A DNA stretch of 63,132 nt, the filler included. It is 7 parts of 7 records of this genome, joined end to end, with 100 filler letters (N's around TTAATTAATTAA, not from the genome) between each part and the next. Parts side by side here need not be neighbours in the genome. Positions count along the whole stretch, not along the records: positions 49,924 to 57,751 come from SRR31156797_18831; positions 57,852 to 63,132 come from SRR31156797_18921; 5 more parts are not named here. One strand, written 5' to 3'. Position numbers and translations under genes: made by a program. This document shows, one piece after another, positions 57,726 to 63,132 of this stretch (its first letter is position 1; every line of letters begins with the position of its first letter). The notes below the pieces were generated by a model. The model saw nothing but the letters and a program-made list of their open reading frames with translations, was not told the DNA's origin and searched no databases.

Positions 57726-57751
57726 ATGAAAAAGTTCGATTATTATCAACC
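57726..57751 (+). CDS. Start of next gene, possibly a xanthine-dehydrogenase-family FAD-binding subunit
   Basis: AAGGAGG RBS then MKKFDYYQ(P); only 8 codons visible. Confidence 0.45.
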
Positions 57752-57851
57752 NNNNNNNNNNNNNNNNNNNNNNNNNNNNNNNNNNNNNNNNNNNNTTAAT
57801 TAATTAANNNNNNNNNNNNNNNNNNNNNNNNNNNNNNNNNNNNNNNNNNNN
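57752..57851. other. Artificial contig linker
   Basis: Ns + TTAATTAATTAA. Confidence 0.99.
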
Positions 57852-58951
57852 AACCTGTCTGGATCGGCCGGAATGATATCGTCCGGCACTTTGGGGCCGT
57901 TTGTTAAAAATGACACCGGCTTCTTCGATTTTATCAGGTTGTTGATGACGTTTCCATAACGTTGTGTCTCATCGATTTTAGAAATTATCAGGCTTTCAAC
58001 CGGCAGACCGGCCGACATGCCGATAGCGGCGGCTATATCCCGGTCTTTTGTAACCGCGGACAACACCAACATGATTTCAATTTCTTTAATATCCTTAACA
58101 AGCTCGGCCAATTCGTCCCGATCCGAATCGCGGGAAAGGCGCCTGCTGCTGGTGTCCATGAGCACCACGTCCATGTTTTCGAATAGCTCTATCGCCTGTT
58201 TTAATTCATTTTTATCCTGTACTATCATTACGGGCAAGCCAATAATTCGAGCGAATGTTTTCAATTGTTCCGCCGCTCCCAGTTTTATGTCGTCCAGGCT
58301 GATCAAACCGACCTTTTTCTGCTCTTTTACCGAAAGAAGGGCGGCCAGCTTGGCCAGGGTCGTGGTCTTGCCGACTCCGCTGGGGCCGACCAGGGCTATA
58401 TACCGGGGATTACGTCCGGAAATGCGCTCAAAGGGACGGCTTGTTCTGAGAAGCCTGGCCAGCCTTTGTTCCAGGGCCTTTACCGGGTTGACTCCCCGGC
58501 CATTGGATTCGGCGGCTTTTTCAACAAGGGTTCGGGCAATGGACGGCTCCAACTCATTGTCCAGTAAATCCCGATACAATCTTAACAGGTCTTTTCTGTC
58601 CCTGATGCGTTCGGAAAGGCTGGACCGGTGGGTCAGGTCCATAAGCATATTTTTTATTTCAGCCAGCCCTCCTTCCAGGGCGGACAAATCAGGACCCGGG
58701 GCGGCCTTTTCCTTTTTGACCGCGGGAGAAGGCTTGTCTCGTTTTACTTTCCGGACTTCAGGCTTTTCGGCAGGTTTGGCCGCGGGTTCGGCCTGGTAGC
58801 CGACGCCGGCCGTCACCTCGACCATGGGCCCCCATTCTTCAGCATCCTTGATTTCCCTCGTGGAAAGGATTACAGCCTCGGAGCCCAGTTCATCCTTGAT
58901 CATTTGCAAGGCGGTTTTTATGTCTTTGGCCCTGTATCTTTTAATTCGCAT
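57852..58951 (-). CDS. flhF: Flagellar SRP-type GTPase FlhF (3' end truncated)
   Basis: MRIKRYRA...ELGSEAVILS, GPSGVGKTTTLAKLA, SKIDET, GPKVPDDI; follows flhA. Confidence 0.9.
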
Positions 58952-61046
58952 GGGCGAACCCCACTTCTCCCAAAACCTTCAGCTGCACCGTGGGCGTCAG
59001 TTCATTATGACTGAGTATAACAAGGTTGGGAATAAACCTTTCCGTAAGTTTTCTCAGATGCCTGCGCACAACCGGCGAACAGAGCAGTACGGGCTGATAG
59101 TTCATCCGGCTGTGGACTTCCAGAGAATTGTTCAGAGCGGTCAGGATCCTTTGGCCGACTTCCGGGTCGATGGACAGGTAAGACCCCCGGTCCGTGTCCG
59201 TGATCGACTTGGTCATAATGTCTTCAATATCCGCGGCCAGGGTGATGAGCGGCAATTCGCCGTCCTGGGTTTCATGCTGACGCACAATGCTGCGGGCCAG
59301 CTTCTGGCGGACGAACTCGGTCAATAGTTCCGGGTCTTTTACCATTGGAGCGTGGTCGGCCAGTGTTTCCAGTATGGTTTGCAGGTCGCGGATGGATACG
59401 CGTTCGCGCAAAAGGTTTTGCAGCACTTTTTGCACGCTGCCGATGTTCAACAGGCCCGGAACCAGTTCTTCCACGACCTTGGCGTTGGTCTGGGCCACGG
59501 TTTCCACAAGCTTTTGTACGTCCTGGCGGCTTAAAAGCTCATCCGCGTAATTCCTGATGATTTCGGTAATGTGCGTGGCAATGACCGTGGAAAGGTCCAC
59601 CACGGTGTACCCGGCCAATTGGGCTTCGTCTTTTTTCTTTTCGCCAATCCACAGGGCGGGCAGGCTGAAAGCCGGTTCAAAAGTATCTATGCCGTCAATT
59701 TTCAACTTGGCGTCTCCCGGGTCCATGGCCAGAAGATGACCGATCATCATTTCCGATCGGGCCACTTCAATACCCTTGATTAATACCGCGTATTCGCCCG
59801 GTTTGAGCTGCAGGTTGTCCCGAACGTGCATGGGCGGTACAATGAAGCCCATTTCAAGGGCGAACTGCCGCCTTATGGAGCGGATTCTTTCCAGCAGTTC
59901 TCCATCCTGTTCTTCATCCACCAGAGGGATGAGTCCGTACCCCACTTCCAGCTCCAGAACATCCAGGGGCAACAGGGCTTCCACTCGTTCCGGGGGAGGC
60001 GGCGCGGCCGCGGTTTCCCTTTCCGCTTCTTCTTCAGCTATTATTTCTTCGGCTTTTGACCGCCTGGAAATCATAAAGCCGGCAAAGGCCAGGCCGCCGC
60101 CCAGCAGCATGAAAGATAATTTTGGCAGGCCGGGCAATATGCCGAACATGAAAATAATGCCGCCGCCCAGCATGAAAGCCCTGGGCTGGAGCATAAACTG
60201 GCGGCTGAATTCCTTGCCCATGGTGGTTTCGCTGCCGGCCCGGCTGACAATGATACCGGCTGATGTGGAGATTATCAGGGCCGGGATCTGGCTGACCAGG
60301 CCGTCGCCGACGGTTAAAACAGTGTAGGTCTGGGCCGCGGTCATAAGGTCCATGCCTTGCTGCACCACGCCGATGATAAGGCCGGCCACGATATTGATCA
60401 GGGTGATTATGATGCCTGCGATCGCATCCCCGCGCACGAATTTGGAGGCGCCGTCCATGGCCCCGTAAAAATCCGCTTCGCGGGATATTTCGGATCGTCT
60501 GGCCCTTGCTTCGGGTTCGTCTATCAACCCGGTGTTCAAATCGGCGTCAATAGCCATCTGCTTGCCGGGCATGGCATCGAGGGTGAACCTGGCCGCGACT
60601 TCGGCGATTCGGCCGGAACCCTTGGTAATGACCATGAAATTGATAATTACCAGAATTACAAAAACAATAATGCCGACAACATAATTACCTCCGACCACAA
60701 AACTGCCGAAGGCCTTGATCACTTGTCCGGCCGCGGCGGTTCCCTCGCCGCCCCTTAAGAGGATCAGCCTTGTCGAAGCAACGTTAAGGGACAGCCTGAA
60801 CAAGGTCAAAATGAGAAGCAAAGACGGAAATATACTGAATTCCAAAGGCTTAAGCGTGTACATTGAAGTCAGCAACACGATTATGCCGAAAGTTACGTTG
60901 AAAGTCAGCATAAGGTCGAGAAAAACCGTTGGCACCGGCAGGATCATGACCATTAAAATGGCTACTACGCTGATGCCGAGGATGATCTCGCTGCTGTCGG
61001 GCAGGGAGAGCGGTTTGAAAGGTTTTGCTACATTCTGGTCAGCCAT
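58941..61046 (-). CDS. flhA: Flagellar export gate protein FlhA
   Basis: RIAEVAARFTLDAMPGKQMAIDADL, FYGAMDGASKFVRGD. Confidence 0.98.
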   Translation of the reverse strand: MADQNVAKPFKPLSLPDSSEIILGISVVAILMVMILPVPTVFLDLMLTFNVTFGIIVLLTSMYTLKPLEFSIFPSLLLILTLFRLSLNVASTRLILLRGGEGTAAAGQVIKAFGSFVVGGNYVVGIIVFVILVIINFMVITKGSGRIAEVAARFTLDAMPGKQMAIDADLNTGLIDEPEARARRSEISREADFYGAMDGASKFVRGDAIAGIIITLINIVAGLIIGVVQQGMDLMTAAQTYTVLTVGDGLVSQIPALIISTSAGIIVSRAGSETTMGKEFSRQFMLQPRAFMLGGGIIFMFGILPGLPKLSFMLLGGGLAFAGFMISRRSKAEEIIAEEEAERETAAAPPPPERVEALLPLDVLELEVGYGLIPLVDEEQDGELLERIRSIRRQFALEMGFIVPPMHVRDNLQLKPGEYAVLIKGIEVARSEMMIGHLLAMDPGDAKLKIDGIDTFEPAFSLPALWIGEKKKDEAQLAGYTVVDLSTVIATHITEIIRNYADELLSRQDVQKLVETVAQTNAKVVEELVPGLLNIGSVQKVLQNLLRERVSIRDLQTILETLADHAPMVKDPELLTEFVRQKLARSIVRQHETQDGELPLITLAADIEDIMTKSITDTDRGSYLSIDPEVGQRILTALNNSLEVHSRMNYQPVLLCSPVVRRHLRKLTERFIPNLVILSHNELTPTVQLKVLGEVGFAHAN

Positions 61047-62109
61047 TTACGGTTTTACCTTTCAGGCGATATACATAAGACAGGATTTCAGCAACTGCCT
61101 GATAAAACAGGACCGGTATCTCTTCATCTACTTCCACTGCCTTGTACAAGGCGCGGGCCAGGGGTTTGTCCTCCATGATCGGCACATCGTGCTCTTTTGC
61201 GATTTCTTTTATTCTTTCCGCCAGTGCGCCCTGTCCCTTGGCAACCACCATGGGGGCTTCCGATTTTTCCGCCTGGTACAGCAGCGCAATAGCCAAATGG
61301 GTCGGGTTGGTAACCACGACATCGGCTTCGGGCACGGCGGCCATCATCCTTTTTCTGGCCATTTCCCGCTGGATGGACCTGATCCTGGATTTTACCTTGG
61401 GATCGCCCTCGGTCTGTTTCATGTCCTCCTTGACTTCCTGCTTGGTCATTTTCATGTCCCGCATGTGCTGCCATTTCTGGAATGCATAGTCGATGGCCGC
61501 CATAACGGTTAGAGCCCAAATGGTTTTGAGGAAAATTTCGAAAGAAAGAGACATGGTAAAATGCCCGATTTGGGCCGGGGTCATGTCTCCGAGAACGATA
61601 ATCGTATCAAAATCGCTTTTAATGGTCTGATAGGCGACCGTCGCGATAATGCTGATTTTAAATATTGATTTGAACAACTCCACAAAAGAACGGGCCGAGA
61701 ACAACTTGGAAAAACCGGAAATGGGGTTGATTTTTGAAAGCTTGGGCTGTAAGGGCTCAACCGTGAAAAGCGCTCCGACCTGTAAAAAGTTGCTCAACAG
61801 GCCGATGGCCGGAACAATTATTAAAATAGGGGCCATGATCAGGGCCATGTATTTAACTTTTTGGATGAAAAAGGAAAAAAGGTCCGCTCCTTCTATGGAC
61901 GTCTGGGCAACAGTCGAAAGGCTGCCGGCCATCATTTGACTGATCATTTCATACATGTAAGACGCCGAGAAAAGCATGGTGAACAAGGCCGCCATCAACA
62001 CGGCGCAGGTGTTCACTTCCATACTTTTAGCTACCTGACCCTTTTGGCGGGCCTGGCTTAGCCGCCTCGGGGTCGGCGCTTCGGTTTTGCTGCTTTTGTC
62101 TTCCGGCAC
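61039..62109 (-). CDS. flhB: Flagellar export switch protein FlhB
   Basis: KTEAPTPRR, EGDP, NPTH autocleavage motif; GTG start. Confidence 0.97.
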   Translation of the reverse strand: MPEDKSSKTEAPTPRRLSQARQKGQVAKSMEVNTCAVLMAALFTMLFSASYMYEMISQMMAGSLSTVAQTSIEGADLFSFFIQKVKYMALIMAPILIIVPAIGLLSNFLQVGALFTVEPLQPKLSKINPISGFSKLFSARSFVELFKSIFKISIIATVAYQTIKSDFDTIIVLGDMTPAQIGHFTMSLSFEIFLKTIWALTVMAAIDYAFQKWQHMRDMKMTKQEVKEDMKQTEGDPKVKSRIRSIQREMARKRMMAAVPEADVVVTNPTHLAIALLYQAEKSEAPMVVAKGQGALAERIKEIAKEHDVPIMEDKPLARALYKAVEVDEEIPVLFYQAVAEILSYVYRLKGKTVNG

Positions 62110-62116
62110 AAATACC

Positions 62117-62893
62117 TCACATGGCGCTTAACACTTTAAAAAGGGACGTGTTGACGTCATGGACCGCCCTTCCGAGAATGGGAACGAAAAAGGCGAGCGA
62201 GAAACTGAATACGATCAGCCCGATAATGATGTACATGGGCATGCCCACAAAAAGCACGTTCATCTGGGGTACGGTCTTGGCGATAATGCCCATGGAAACC
62301 TTGGTGCAGAATAAAATGGCCAGGGCCGGAGCGCCTATTTTCACAGCCACCACAAACATCCTGGTCACTGAAGCGAGCATTTCATGATACACGGTCTGAT
62401 GGAAGACGACATGCCCCGGAGGGGCCAACTCGAAGCTTTCTACCATGGCCCTGATGACCATGTAATGCCCGTTTACGGCCAAAAAGATCAAAAGGGCTAT
62501 GATATAGCTTATTTGAGACAAGACGGAGGCCTGGGTTCCTGTCTGCGGATTGACCACGTTGACGATGGCAAAGCCCATTTGGTAACCGATGTATTGCCCG
62601 GCCAGCTGCACGGCTTCCAATATCAGCCTGATCATCAGGGCAATGGTCATGCCGACGAAAAGCTCGCTGAGAAGCAGGGGGACAAATGAATAAATTTCCA
62701 CCGGAAAAACGCTGCCGTCCACTTTTATGGTTTGAAAAAGAACAAAGGACATTGTCAGGGACAGGGCTATCTTGACATTGGCCGCCAAAAGATTGCTCCC
62801 GAATATGGGCGCCATAAACATAATAAGGGAAACCCGCACCAAAATGAGCACAAATGCGGTGAATTCCGCGGGATTTATGGCCGGGGGCGTCAT
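62117..62893 (-). CDS. fliR: Flagellar biosynthesis protein FliR
   Basis: AGQYIGYQMGF, NGH, PQMNVLFVGMP. Confidence 0.95.
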   Translation of the reverse strand: MTPPAINPAEFTAFVLILVRVSLIMFMAPIFGSNLLAANVKIALSLTMSFVLFQTIKVDGSVFPVEIYSFVPLLLSELFVGMTIALMIRLILEAVQLAGQYIGYQMGFAIVNVVNPQTGTQASVLSQISYIIALLIFLAVNGHYMVIRAMVESFELAPPGHVVFHQTVYHEMLASVTRMFVVAVKIGAPALAILFCTKVSMGIIAKTVPQMNVLFVGMPMYIIIGLIVFSFSLAFFVPILGRAVHDVNTSLFKVLSAM

Positions 62894-62900
62894 GGACCTG

Positions 62901-63131
62901 TCACCTTACGTAATTGGGAATGTTTATGATAAGGTTTTGGGTGAAACTGACTATTTTCTGCAGCATCCATGGAGAAAACACTATCAGGGCGGTCATTATG
63001 GCCAGGATTTTGGGTATGAAGGTCAGCGTCATTTCCTGTATTTGAGTTGTCGCCTGAAAAACGCTGACCATCAGACCCACGGCCAGGCCGAGACCCAGCA
63101 TGGGCATGGCCAGAAGCAATGTTATTTCTAT
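62901..63131 (-). CDS. fliQ: Flagellar biosynthesis protein FliQ (5' truncated by window edge)
   Basis: FQATTQIQEMTLTFIPK. Confidence 0.95.
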   Translation of the reverse strand: MEITLLLAMPMLGLGLAVGLMVSVFQATTQIQEMTLTFIPKILAIMTALIVFSPWMLQKIVSFTQNLIINIPNYVR

Positions 63132-63132
63132 G

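Overview
The window is not one locus. It is a concatenation of seven unrelated contig fragments joined by 100-bp N-linkers carrying TTAATTAATTAA (stops in all six frames), probably from an anoxic marine or sediment metagenome. (1) 1-10951: Desulfobacterota-like catabolic operon with a 2-oxoacid/acetoin dehydrogenase E1-beta end, Zn-diol dehydrogenase, SDR, enoyl-CoA hydratase, a full-length E2-E3 fusion, a heteromeric acyl-CoA dehydrogenase pair, a C_GCAxxG_C_C protein, a CaiC-like ligase and a Cys-rich unknown. (2) 11052-18778: spirochaete-like ROK regulator, sugar ABC transporter and GH9 locus. (3) 18879-29510: Bacteroidota fragment with an ADP-ribosylglycohydrolase-family gene, nitroreductase, ABC-F, three T9SS cargo genes and intergenic spaces full of REP/MITE-like palindromes. 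(4) 29611-36219: AT-rich Arcobacter-like fragment. (5) 36320-49823: Desulfovibrionaceae pyrG-kdsA-kdsC-lptCAB-rpoN-hpf-ptsN-rapZ-PTS-ppaC region. (6) 49924-57751: Desulfobacterota-like operon built around a split B12-dependent acyl-CoA mutase. (7) 57852-63132: fliQ-fliR-flhB-flhA-flhF. Best leads: an acyl-CoA mutase with a systematically enlarged substrate pocket inside an amidohydrolase/CoA-ligase/molybdo-hydroxylase-type operon; LptA fused to four SH3b-like domains; a PTS IIC gene split by a -1 frameshift at a T9 tract; a complete E2-E3 fusion; and an FlhF with degenerate G2/G3 motifs. Taxonomic and family calls come from motif recognition only; no searches were run.
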